The notes beneath the pieces were generated by a model. That model saw only the letters and a list, made by a program, of their open reading frames with translations. It was not told the origin of the DNA and ran no database searches. A stretch of 64,000 nt of DNA, taken from NCBI GenBank assembly GCA_976551045.1, contig CDPCPM010000029.1, forward strand, positions 682,001-746,000, given 5' to 3'. The position numbers and the translations under genes are program-made. Origin of the DNA: Glaucostegus cemiculus (Eukaryota). This document shows positions 1 to 11,840 of this stretch, piece by piece. Positions within the stretch are counted from its first letter, which is position 1. Each line of letters begins with the position of its first letter.

Positions 1-149
1 CATTAAACTTCTTTGAAAAGTAAGCTACAGGATGGTCAATATCATCAAGATCACTCTTCTGCAACAACACAGCTCCTGCATCACTGGCATCTACTGCTAA
101 TGAAAATGGCTTTTCAAAGTCAGCTACTTCATAACACTATGATGAAGGG

Positions 150-2136
150 CAAGGCTAGCAAGTTTAAGGAACCCTGGTTGATGTGAGGTATTGAGGCTCT
201 AGTTAGGAAAAAGAAGGTGTAGGCAATTGGGAATGAGCAAATCCCTCGATGACTATATGAAGTGTAGGGGCACACTTGAGGAAAATCAGGAGGAGAAAAA
301 GAGGATATGAGATGGATCTGGCAGACAGGGTTAAGGAAAATCCCAAGAGATTCCGTAGGTACATTAAGGGTAAAAGGGTGGCTCGGGAGAGAATAGGCCT
401 CCTTAAAGCTCAACATGGCTGTCTATATGTGAAGCCACAGGAGATGGGTGAGATTTTTAATTAATATTACTCTGTGGAGAAAATGATGGATGCAAAAGAA
501 ATGAGGGAAATGAGTAATGATGTCTTGGACTACATACGAATTACCAGGGAGGAGGTATTGGTGACCTTAAAGCACATTAAGGTGGATAAATCCCCAGGCC
601 CTGACTGAATGCATCCTGGGATCTTGTGGGAAGCTAGGAAGGAAATTGCAGAGGCCCTTGCAGAGAAATATGCTTCATCTTTAGCCACAGGTGAAGTTCC
701 AGAAGACTGGAGGGTGGCTAATGCTGTACCGTTATTTAAGAAGGACAGCAAAGACAAGCCAAGGAACTACAGGCCGGTGAGTCTGACACAGTCCTGGCCA
801 AGTTACTGGAGGGACAGGATCTATCAACATTTGGATAGGCAAAGACTAATTAGGGATAGTCATCTCAGCTTTGTGCGTAGAAAATTGTGATCTGACAAAT
901 CTCTTTTTTGAGGAGATAACCAAGAGGATAGCTGAGGGTAGGACAGTGAATTTTGTCTTTATGGACTTCAGGAAGGCCTTTGTCAAGGTCCCACATGGCA
1001 GGCTAGTCTGGAAGGTTAGATCACATGGAATCAAGGGAGAGTTAGTTAATTGGATTCATAATTGGCTCAATGGCAGGAAGCAGGGAGTGATGTTCAAATG
1101 TTGTTTCTCAGACTGAAGGCCTGTGACTGGTGTTTTGCCACAAGGGTTGGTGCTCAGACCTTTGTTGTTCGTTATTTATATAAATGACTTGGATGTGAAT
1201 TTACAAGACATGGTTTGTAAGTTTGCAGATGACACTAAACTAGGAGGTTTCATAGACAGTGAAGAAGGTTGTCAAAAATTACAGGAGGATCTTGATCAGC
1301 TCGGAAAGTGAGCCAAAGATTGGTAAATGGCCAATTCAGATAAGTGCGAGGTGTTGCATTTTGGGAAGTTAAATCAGGATAGGATTTGTACAGTGAATGG
1401 TAGTGCCCTGCAGAATGTAATCGAACAGAGGGACTTAGGAGTACCAGTACATGGTTTGCTGAAAGCAGCGACACAGGTAGACAGGGTTGTGAAGAAAGCA
1501 ATTGGCATGCTGGCCCTCATCAGTCAGGGCACTGAGTATAGGAATTAGGACATTATGTTGCAATTTATAAAACATCTGTGAGACTAAACTTGGAGTATTG
1601 TGTACAGTTTTTGTCACTGTGTTATTGGAAAGACATCATTAAACTAGAAAGAGTGCAGAGTAGATTTACAAGGATAATGCCAGGACCCAAAGGCCTGAGT
1701 TATAGGAAGAGGTTGGGGCAGGCTTGGACTTTATTCTTTGGAACATAGGAGTTTGAGAGGTAACCTCAGAGAGGCGTATAAAATCAGTGGGGGTATAGGT
1801 AAGGTGAACGCACATAGTCTTTTTCTCAGGGAAGGGGATCTAAAATCTAGAAGGCATAGACTTAAGGTGAGAGGTGAAAGATTCAACAAGGACCTTGAGG
1901 GGCAACTTCTTCACGCACAGGGTGGTGCGTATATGGAATGAGCTGCCAAGGAAAGTGATTGAAGCAGGTACAATGACAGTATTTAAAAGATATTTGGATG
2001 AGTATTTGGACAGCACTGGTTTAGAGGGATATGGACCAAATACAGGAAAACAGGACTGGAATGGTGGGCACCCAGGTCAGCATGGACGAGTTGAGCCGAA
2101 GGGCCTGTTTCCATGCTGTATTACGCTATGACTCTA
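150..2136 (+). mobile_element. CR1-clade LINE, 5'-truncated, degraded ORF2 (reverse transcriptase)
   Basis: Broken frames contain KSPGPD, PEDWRVANAVPLFKK, NYRPVSL, DFRKAFVKVPH, PQGLVLRPLLF and KFADDTKLGG; the 3' end reads GGGCCTGTTTCCATGCTGTA...CTATGACTCTA. Confidence 0.92.
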
Positions 2137-3804
2137 TTCTTGCTAAGTGCTCGTGCAGCCAGTCAGACAAAGCCAGGCCACTACAGGAGAGAGCCTGGAA
2201 AGACCTAAGAAAATCCATCATTTTACCACCTCCCAATGCAGTAGGCAGCTTCTTGGGAAGTGGTTCAAATTCTGAAAAGCTGAGGCAAATCTAAACATAA
2301 GCAGCCTGATTTCAGTAATCAAGAAGTAGAATCTCTAAAAGAGATTTTAGATGCAAGATTTAGAACACAAAGCAAAAGTGCACAAAGTTATGAGGCTGAT
2401 ATTTTGCTTCCAAGGTTAATGTCTGAAATAGAAACACTCAGTGTTCAAGATGACAGATCAGGGCAGATAATGAATTATGATTATTTGCTTGTCATTGTAC
2501 ATGTGGATTGCTTAGATCGAATGTTCTAGTTTTATGCTGTAAATTAACATATTGTTAAAGTTTTGGGACCTCTTGCAATTCTGAATGCTTCATATCAGGG
2601 ACTCTCTTTAATTTTCCATTCATGTTCCCTGAGGTATTAGAGGGGCAAGAATAGGGGAAGTGAGAGAGAGGAAGACCGTGATCCACAATCTCCCCTTGTA
2701 TTTCAAGGGCAAATGGTTAAGCAGAATTTAGCAGCATCAGATGTGGAAATGACCAAAGCATATCATGGCTATTCTATCCAAGTTTTCTAACTGAGATCAT
2801 TATCAAACACTGGAAGTAATTTAGGGAAGTTCTCTGAGGCTTATCCACTCTCAGTTAAGAGCTTTAAGCTTTTCATGTTGGAAAGATTATTTTATGGAAG
2901 ACAGTTAAAGATATGAAGAACTAAGTCCAAAATGATATTTTAAATTTAATTTGAGAATAACATAAAGTGACTAGCTTTAATTTGTTAAATTGATTTCGAA
3001 GTTGGCTTCGGAAATGTTTCATTATCCATCGCGAATTCAAGGCATGGACTACACTTCAAGATGTGAAAATGGAAAAACTGGAATTATGTTGGACTCAATT
3101 GGGTGCAACATTGGGTAGATTATGTTGTGAAATAAAGGTGGAAGATGCTGGAAAAACTCAGCATATCTGTGTTTCAAGCATTTGAAAGATGAGTTAGAAT
3201 TTCTGGTCTAATTATCACAATTGGCCATTTCTGAAAAGGTTGTCACTTGAAACTTGGATCATTTACAAAAGTAGTTTTATTTACTAATTTCTCAGCCCTA
3301 ATTTACATTTTGCAACTTCATTTACAATTTTAGCATCTATTCTTTCCTTTCTATATGGAAAACTTTCTCCCTAGTACACAGCAGGAAAAAAAAGGAAAGT
3401 TTTCTAATTCTTATAGTATATTCCGTTAAGTGATTCCAGATGGTGAGAGTTCAGTTGCCAAATACTGATTTTTCAGTTATTAGTGAAATTGGATGTTTGC
3501 TTGTAACCAGATTTACTAGGAGTGATGTAATCTTAGCCTTAAGTAATGATATTCATTAGTACTTAATTGTCCATGAGCATTTGTAACCAATTTTGTAAAA
3601 CATTACTTCGAAAATGTTATTTAATTTGTTAGATAATGGAACATATTAAAACATTTTTAAATTCAACTTGTGCAGTGCAGAGGTTTAGCACATGCAATTA
3701 GATCATGACTGTTATCTTTCCTAATATATATTTATAGTGTAGCATATACAGAAATCTGTACTTAATAAATGTTATCCAGTCTGTGTTTGCTGAATGGTGA
3801 TTGT

Positions 3805-4100
3805 TAGTTCAGTCCTGACCTCAGGTGTCGTCTGTAGGGAGTTTGCAAATTCTCCTTGTAATTTTGTGGGTTTCCTCTGGGTACTCCAGTTTCCTCCCAT
3901 ATCCCTAAATCATGCAGGTTGTTAATTGTTCACTGTGAATTGCCTCTGGTGTGTAGGTGATTGAAAGAATCTGTAGGAGGAACTGATAGGAATGTAAGCA
4001 GAGTAAAATGGGGATTGGAGTAAATGAGTGCTTGATGGTCAGCACAGATTCATTGAAGTTAGAGTCTGTTTCTGTACAATCTGACACTATGAATCTATGA
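3805..4100 (+). mobile_element. Old V-domain SINE (HE1-like) with CR1-type tail
   Basis: V-domain GGAGTTTGCA..TTCTCC...GTGGGTTTCCTCTGGGTACTCCAGTTTCCTCCCA; tail ...CTGTTTCTGTAC...CTATGAATCTATGA. Confidence 0.75.
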
Positions 4101-4534
4101 GCAATGAATATATCCTCCCAATTTTCATAAAATAAAAGAATGAGATTTTAGCATAGGCATAAGAAAAAATTTATTTTCAGAATTAAAAGTCCTATGAGTT
4201 TTCCTCTTTGAAAAGATTTTTACAACCCATCAGTCTTTTTACCCTGATGCTACTTTTGCCAAGTTTTCAAAGGTGGCTCTATAACCAGACTGAAGTATAA
4301 TATGCCACATGCACATCTTTTCATTAACATTTTGAATGTATCGTCACAGGCTGAGACTTCAAATAATTGAAGAAAAGAACTGATTATCTTAATGTGGTCA
4401 GAATAGAAAGAAAACTTGAATAAGCACAATGGTATCCTGATTAGGAATCCATTTATTGGGGCTGGTATGCCATAAATGTGAAAGAACTAATTTTACAGAG
4501 AAACCATACTGCACAATAAAATACTGGAATAAAA

Positions 4535-4640
4535 TACAGTCAATATATATACTGAATATATATAGTCAGTATATATACTAATATATACTGAATATATTTA
4601 TATGTTAGTCTAAATATATTTTACTGACATATAGTCTGCA
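4535..4640. repeat. Degenerate TA-rich simple repeat (cagt/actg units plus (TA)n)
   Basis: cagtcaatatatatactgaatatatatagtcagtatatatactaatatatactgaatatat... Confidence 0.7.
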
Positions 4641-5154
4641 TGTCCACAGTCTGACTTATGGACTATAGGTCAGTAGAACATAGTTAGGCAGTGAGTGGGA
4701 AGCAGTTATCTTACTGGTTTGTTTGGAAGTTTTCAATGATTTTAATAAAGGTATTGGTATTAATATGCTGGTGTTGGAATGAATACCATTTACCAAGTTA
4801 ACTTATTTTCATTGCAGTATTAATAACAGGTTGCTCGATTTGATCCATTTTAAGATTTGTTTATTTTTGTCTTATGGATGGTATGAATTTCTGAGATCCT
4901 ATTTCAGTTAACTTGTCTTTAATGCAGTTTATTAAAGTGGAAATGAATGTGTAGGCTTCCCATTGGTGATATTATGCAATAATAGTTTTGACTCGGCAAT
5001 AGAAATCATAGCATTATCCAAATCATGACAGAAGTCATGATTTTTGAGGCATATTGGAGAAGTGCAGATGCTAGTTATAACTGATACTTATACTTATGGA
5101 TTTAATTTATTTTGTGGAACAAATAACCTATCCAAACTTTGCAAAGGTAATAAG

Positions 5155-5375
5155 TACAATACAGAAGGAGGTCACTTGACCCGTCAGAACAATCCCATCC
5201 CCCCCCACTAATTTTCCCATGACCTATTCTCTCACAAGTGCCCATTAACAACCCCTTCACCCTGTTTCTCTCACCAGCCACCAGGGATAACTCAGTGTAA
5301 CCAATTAACCAAACAACTACAAGTCTTTGGTGTGTGCAAAGAACACCCGGGGTAAACTGAGAATCTGGCAATATC
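5155..5375 (-). mobile_element. Highly decayed V-SINE remnant
   Basis: Resembles the 13335-13590 copy (gtctttgg..tgtg...aacacccggggtaaac, a reverse V-domain trace). Confidence 0.45.
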
Positions 5376-5456
5376 ACAATCAATTGTTTTGTTTTCCTTC
5401 CAAGAAGTAAGGAAACCAATCAGTATAAACTTTTAAGCTAATATTTATATTTACAG

Positions 5457-5660
5457 GATGGGTTTCCATCTGCTGAGGAGGCATATAACTTCTTCACCTT
5501 CAATTTTGATCCTGAACCTGAAGAGTTAGAGGAAGAGACAAAAGTGGAGAATCAACCAGAAACACTTCATAAGGAAGGCCAGAGTGAAGAGGAAGAGTTA
5601 GAGGATGGTGGTGAAGAGTCCGCAGTCAGCAAAGATGGGGAAAAGGAGGAAGAAGAAAAG
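5457..5660 (+). CDS. CC2D2A: CC2D2A window-exon 1 (204 nt, acidic N-terminal region)
   Basis: ttacag|GAT GGG TTT CCA...GAA AAG|gtatgg; [27 protein letters not shown]...EEEEK. The exact acceptor cannot be phase-checked because the upstream exon was not found in the window. Confidence 0.92.
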
Positions 5661-5860
5661 GTATGGCATGGCAGAATTTCCAAGGAAATACAAATTGTCT
5701 ATTGGTTCAACGATCTACCAGAATAATTCTTTTTCAAATTTATGAGAATACTTTGCTTCTGGCATTTGCTGTCAAATTTCCTTCCAATTAGCTTGTGGAT
5801 GCTGAGTAAAGACAGAAATCAGCTCAGCTTCACTTCCTTGGCAGTTGTTTAGTGATTATT

Positions 5861-5949
5861 GTGGGCTGCCCCCAGAACACTCTACATAAAAGATGCATTT
5901 CAGTGTGTATTTCGATGTACATGTGACTAATAAAGAAATCTTAATCTTA
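5861..5949 (+). mobile_element. 3' fragment of V-SINE family B
   Basis: GGGCTGCCCCCAGAACACTCTAC...TTCGATGTACATGTGACTAATAAAGAAATCTT matches the tail of the 16051 copy. Confidence 0.85.
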
Positions 5950-6680
5950 TTGTTGAGGTCTATGAATGCATTATCAGTCACCTGGGGAGCAGGTAGCAGA
6001 GATCAGCAATTGCTGGTAGAATCCCATCAAGAGAGTTAATGCTTTCATGACAGTGGCAGGGAGAAACTAGAAGACATAAAAGATATTTCTTAATTACAAG
6101 TGAGTGTGATCATCGCTGGGAAGAATAGGAGGATGGAAAGATAGAAGGATAGGACAGTGGTGCAACTAACAGAGCAGCTGCCTCACAGCTCGAGTGACCT
6201 AGGTTCAGTCGCGACCTCGGGTTCTATCTTTGTGGAATTTGCTTGTTTATAATGTGTAATGATTACTATTTTTGGATCCAGTGGTACATTTTTATGACCA
6301 GTGCAGAGTGAAAGTACCTTTTCCAGCTGAATAAGGAGGAACAATGGCTTCAACAAAATCATCGTCCAAGTCAGGGTGCTGTCAAAAGCAGAAGTGGTTG
6401 TCTTCACATAATTTATATGACAAAAAAGAAACATCATTTTTATATTCAAATAAAGTGCTTTCAACCTTTCACTAATGCAATGATATAATAACGGGTACAA
6501 AATTGCCCAGATTGAATTTTAAGAAGCAATAAATTCAGTTAAGATAAATAACAACAGAATGCATCTTGATCTAAATATTTGGTTGAGATATGATGCATAG
6601 CCATATCCCTGTAAGATCACTAAGAGATGTGAAGATGGCACTAAAGTAGTTAATATGAAATGTAAAAATGTTGAAAAGCA

Positions 6681-7005
6681 AAAAACTGCAGGTGCTGAAC
6701 ATCTGAAATAAAAAAAAGAAAATGTTAGGGCTTCATAACAGGTCAGACTGCATCTGTGGACAAGGAAACCGAGTTGTTTAATGTCTTTATCAGAGATCTG
6801 CTTTCCTGTGTCTTATCCATCCATTCCCCACCTTCTCTCCAACTTAAAGCTAACTTGCTTCCTCTCTTGCACAATAGTAATGGAGAGCCTTTGACCTGAA
6901 ACATTAACTCTATGTTTCTTTCCATAGATGTAGTGTAACCTGTTGATGGTTTCCACATTTTCTGTTTTTATTTCAGATTTCCTGCACCTGCAGTTTCCTT
7001 TTTGA
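6681..7005. mobile_element. Palindromic Penelope-derived non-autonomous element (two inverted pLTR fragments)
   Basis: The left arm aaactgcaggtgc..atctgaaataaaaa..gaaaatgt is the reverse complement of the right arm acattttctgtttttatttcagat..gcacctgcagttt; the arms match the ends of the PLE at 43550-45350. Confidence 0.75.
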
Positions 7006-8669
7006 TTTTCTTTCCCAGCAATTTTATTTTTATTTATAATGTATTACAGATGGTTATGTGTGAGCATGAATGGCATTGTTCCATTTACATAACACTTTCC
7101 CATATGTTCTTGTCCATTCATTGTTAATTTAACCCTGAAGGATTATGATGGGAAAAATCTGACATCAAAAGTACAGCTGTCAGTAACTTGGGTGAGGTCT
7201 GTACAACTGATTATACAATTGAAGTAAAACAGAGTCCTGCAAATACTCAGCATGTCAGGCAGCACTTGTGGAAAGGGAGAATCAGTGTTAATCTTTCAGG
7301 CAGATGACCTTCTATCTGAATATTAATGAATGATCAGCAATCTGTTTGCAATGGACTGCTGGCCAGCAAGGCGGCTCCTCAGAGTACTAAGTAACTTGCC
7401 TGTTGACTGTCTATCTTGAGAAAGTGTATGGTCCAGGAGCCCCGTTTGCCTAGAGAAGCTTTTTTTTTAATTACTTGTTTTGAATCAACCTATTTTTAAT
7501 CCTAGTTTTTGTTCTCTCACATAGACCCATTTATCACCACATTAACCCAGCATGTGAACAGTTTAACAAACAGGAAATATATACTATTAAAAAATAAAAT
7601 TTTATTAAAATGTTACTTGCTTTTCTCTTAAATATCTGATCAGAACGTTTTGCTTATCTAACATCAAAATGAGAAAAACTTAATTCTTGATGCTGGATGC
7701 ATGCTTTATCGATATTTCAAAGATGACCAAAATCTCGCAACGCATGATTTATTTCCCCAGTAATCTTTATCTGAAGGTAGTGGAGTACAGATTCACTCAC
7801 AGTCTTTTGGTGTTATGTTAAAATGAGTACTTTTCATCTGACCTGAGACACGATTTACCTATAGGCTGTCAGAAAAACTGAGCTAGCATGTGTGCATTTC
7901 TGTTGGGTGGAATAGAATGCTGAAGTTTGACAATTCTGACATTTTGGGATTTTTCTAGAATCACTTGCTCAGTCTTGCATCTTACACTGTACTTAATTAT
8001 GATTAGTTATGGATATCACAAAATTCTCGGCCAGCCCACAGCCACTCTGCATTCCTCACAACATGATCTCAATTAACTGAAAGCCAACGTTATTATAATG
8101 AAAGCATGCATATCCAAGGGAGAATCACATCCGGCTGTTCTCCAGTTGGCGACTTCCAGACTGTAATTGGCAGAAGAATGTAATTGTATCCCCTGCCAAA
8201 TCTTCTCTGCTGCAGGTGTGGCACAGGAGGACCTGAGGAGTGAAGACATTTACCCAAAAACAACAAAAATAGAAATTGTTTTTTAATAACAATTTACATT
8301 GTTTAGTTCAAGGTTATATGACATGACTGAGTATTTGAGCAAGGTAAAAAAGTTTAGGAGTAGTAATTCAGTGTACTTCCAGCATTTGTCCCCAGAAAAA
8401 ATAGCCCAACTTTGATTTACAGGAATTATCGTCTCAAATGGCGATCAGTTTATTATATTTAATTACCTGTATAAATTTAAGAGGCTGGAAACAATACAAA
8501 ACAAATGGTTAAGGGAGCATGGAATTCCAAACAGTAAAGACAAATGTATCACCTGTAGCAGCTGGAAAGCATTACTGAAGAAGCTTTAGGCCTCCACATT
8601 ATAGAGTGTGCCATGTGTTTGTTTAGTATGTGTCTGTGCACTTAAAACAATGTTCTTTAATTATTGCAG

Positions 8670-8841
8670 GAAGAGCATCAACCACTTGTAAGAGAAAATG
8701 GGGATGATGAGGATGACTATCTCTTTATAATTGATCAGACAGCTCGTGATTTTCTTGTAGTGAAAGCTCCTGATTATGAAGGCTACCACAACCAACGGGA
8801 GAAAGATAGAAAAGTCCTTTTTACCCCCAGTATTCTCTCAG
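8670..8841 (+). CDS. CC2D2A: CC2D2A window-exon 2 (172 nt)
   Basis: ttgcag|GAA GAG CAT...CTC TCA G|gtaact; EEHQPLVRENGDDEDDYLFIIDQTARDFLVVKAPDYE...LFTPSILS; phase 0 to 1. Confidence 0.92.
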
Positions 8842-9304
8842 GTAACTTATTTTGTAGTTTGTTTCTAACATCAAATTCTGTAGGGAAAAAAATGGTGGAT
8901 TATATTCCAGGATATTTTTTCATGAGTAAAATATAGCTTTAAGTTGAAAAAACATATTTTATGATACAAGTTAAGTTGTCTGAAATACCACTGTCTAGTT
9001 ACTTAATGAAGTTGTTAACTCACTTAAAATAAAGATTAAATCATGTCTTTCTAAAATTCCAGGTAGTTGAATCTTAACAAATTCATTAATAACGATGCAC
9101 ATTGCCCAGCCATTTGTGAATACTTGAGCAAAAACAGGTTAGGGGGAGTTTTGATATTTACATAAACATTCTCTATTATAAATAAGCTAATAGAAAATTG
9201 TCATTGAAATACTTAATACATAATGTAGGACAAAAACAGGAGAACGAGAAGTCAAATGTTCCAGGCTGGAGATGTGTGCAGGCATTTAATTTTGGCTCCA
9301 GCAT

Positions 9305-10490
9305 CAGAATCAGAATCAGTTTTATTGTCACAACCATATACATACATTGTATACATAGGAGCGAGATACCGTCCTCCTCAGGTGCTCGTCCCATCAAATA
9401 ACAACCGACAGAGACACACATACACACCTGACAGAATAAACATTAAAAAACATTAAACATTAAAAACTACAGAAGTTAAAATTAAAATAGTACGCAGATT
9501 AAATTAAAAATGGCCGGTAAATAAATAAATAGTTATTAAAGTGAACGGGCTGGTGTCGGGCATTTAAAGTGCTGGTGCATTTCTGTGCACCTAGCATCTC
9601 TTAGTGTTAACAAAGGAAGATGGAAGGATGAGAGAGTTTGCAGTTCTGATGGCTTGCGGAAAGAAGCTATTGTTCAGCCTGGTCGTTCTTGCCCTGATAC
9701 ATTTAAGCCTCCTCCCTGATGGCAAAATTGTAAAGAGGTGGTGGGAGGGGTGAGAAGGGTCAGCCATTATGCTTTTGGTCTTCCTCATACAACGGTCTTT
9801 GTATATGTCTGCGGGGGATGGAAGCGAGACACCTATGATCCACTCCGCAGCCCTAACTATCTTCTGGAGGGACTTCCGCCCAGCAGCTGAGCAGCTTCCA
9901 AACCAAACAGTGATACATTGAGTTAGGATGCTCTCAATGGTCCCCCTATAGAAGGTTTTCATGACAGAGGGATGGGGGTACGCTTTCCTCAGTCTCCGCA
10001 GGAAGTAGAGGCGTTTCTGAGCTTTCTTCATGAGGGCCGTAATGTTAGTGGACCAGGTCAGGTCGTCAGTGATGTGCACCCCCAGGAACTTAGTGCTGCT
10101 TACTTGTTCCACAGCAGACCCGTTGATGGTCAGCGGGGCGTGCACACGGTGACCCCTCCTAAAATCCACTATCATCTCCTTGGTTTTATCCACATTCAAG
10201 GAGAGGTTGTTGTCATAGCACCACACGGCTAGTTGTTTCACCTCCTCTCTGTAGTCCGACTCATCGTCATTCATGACAAGACCCACCACTGTTGTGTCAT
10301 CGGCAAATTTAACAATGCGGTTGGAGCTGGATCTGGCCTCACAGTTGTGAGTCAACAAGGTGAACAGGAGCGGACTGAGCACACAACCCTGTGGGGAGCC
10401 AGTGCTCAGTGTGATGGTGCTTGAGGTGTTTTCACCAATTTTGACTGACTGTGGCCTGCAAGTTAGAAAATCCAGTATCCAGTTGCAGTA
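9305..10490 (-). mobile_element. Young Rex1/Babar-clade LINE, 5'-truncated, open RT C-terminal frame
   Basis: Frame open from 10490 to the stop at 9591 ([58 protein letters not shown]); (CTGATT)n tail; TSD TCCAGCAT at 9297-9304 and 10491-10498. Confidence 0.93.
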
Positions 10491-10914
10491 TCCAGCATGT
10501 CCTCTGGGCAGTGCCCCAAGCTTAACAGTCTTCAGCTGCTCTATCTTTTAATAATGTATTAGTATTAATAGTAAGTAGAATTTACAATACAATGTCATTT
10601 AAAATAAAGCAACTCTGACAAGAAATTTCTCATGTTACATTGGCACTTTTCAAGCTACTGAGAATTTTATTTTAAGTTGTTGGGCACTAAAACCTACTAA
10701 TCTTCCGACCTGGTTGCTCAGTCAAGGAAAATCTGTGTTCACCTTGAAATTGTCTGATAGTTGTTATGGAAAAAACTTGCACAAATCTCATAGAGCTGAA
10801 TGGGTTTAGTATACCCAATTCAACAAAGTTGGGATCTTTTGCTTTTAATGTCTTTCCCTAAGATGATTACCAGTAAATGGGCAACCTTTGTCTAAGTTGC
10901 ATTCTGATGTTCAG

Positions 10915-11051
10915 TGTCCACGTCGGAGAAAGTTCCTGAAAACATGCAACCAAGGTTTCTTGAAGATGAAGGTATATATGTTGGAGAAAAACCAAAAGTT
11001 TCCCAATTAAACCAGAATATTATTGAGAATCGACTACTTAAAAATGAGGAG
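10915..11051 (+). CDS. CC2D2A: CC2D2A window-exon 3 (137 nt)
   Basis: gttcag|TG TCC ACG...GAG GAG|gtaagt; [24 protein letters not shown]...NIIENRLL; phase 1 to 0. Confidence 0.95.
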
Positions 11052-11169
11052 GTAAGTGAAACCAACATGGAGTATGTTTTCCCATATTTCCCATGTATAA
11101 AAAAGTTGCATTTTTTAATAACTTGTGAACATATAAGCTTCATAAACACATTTAATTTTATCATTCTAG

Positions 11170-11301
11170 GGAAAGACATGGTTTGGAAGTGATGGCAGAA
11201 TTATAGCCTTAGCTAACCCAATTAAACAGACCAAAACCAGACCTCCTATTTTCTCTCCCCACGATGAAGTGGATCCTGCAATAGAAACTTTATATAGAAA
11301 G
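11170..11301 (+). CDS. CC2D2A: CC2D2A window-exon 4 (132 nt)
   Basis: ttctag|GGA AAG ACA TGG...AGA AAG|gtaagt; [19 protein letters not shown]...IETLYRK; follows a 118-bp intron. Confidence 0.95.
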
Positions 11302-11591
11302 GTAAGTAGCCCCATTGTGTTCATTCTAGCCTGATAATCAGGTTGTTTGATTAATTTTAAGATACATTGCATATTTTCTGATTGAAAGGCTATACTTTAC
11401 AATAATTATTCAAATGCCAATAGAACCATACATTGATGAAATTTAAAAAAACATTCCAAGCTACAGGTGAAATGTGTTTTATGTAGATCAGATTAAGATT
11501 GTAGGTTTAAGGGAACATTTTCATGTTGTAGTTTGTTTCTTCATTTCTTGGGTGCCCACTTGTGGAGCCAAGTTTAATCTCCACTTATCTG

Positions 11592-11840
11592 AAAGCAAAA
11601 TACTATAGAAGTCTGAAATCAAACAGAAAATGAGGGAAATACTCAGCAGGTTAGTGGGGAGAGGGAGAGAAAGAGAGGGAAAGGGGGAGGAAGAAAGGGT
11701 TAATATTTCAGATCAATGACTTTTTATCCAGTTCTAATGAAAGGTCATCCACCTGAAACATTAGCCCTGTTTTTCTCTCTGCCTGAACTGTCAGATATTT
11801 CCAGCTTTATCTGTTTTACTTGTAATCTGCACTTTTTTGA
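11592..11840. mobile_element. Palindromic Penelope-derived element (head-to-head pLTR fragments)
   Basis: The centre ttaatatttcagatcaatgacttttta|tccagttc|taatgaaaggtcatccacctgaaacattag is an imperfect inverted repeat, and the outer arms are also complementary. Confidence 0.7.

Noticed and set aside
1-5456. Further upstream CC2D2A exon(s)
   Set aside because: The candidate I checked (acceptor near 4349) hits stop codons quickly and shows no similarity. A poorly conserved N-terminal exon could still have been missed by eye.
8195-8250. Acceptor-like ctgctgcag followed by purine-rich sequence (possible poison exon)
   Set aside because: In-frame TGA after six codons, only a weak donor (GA|gtgaag), and no other support.
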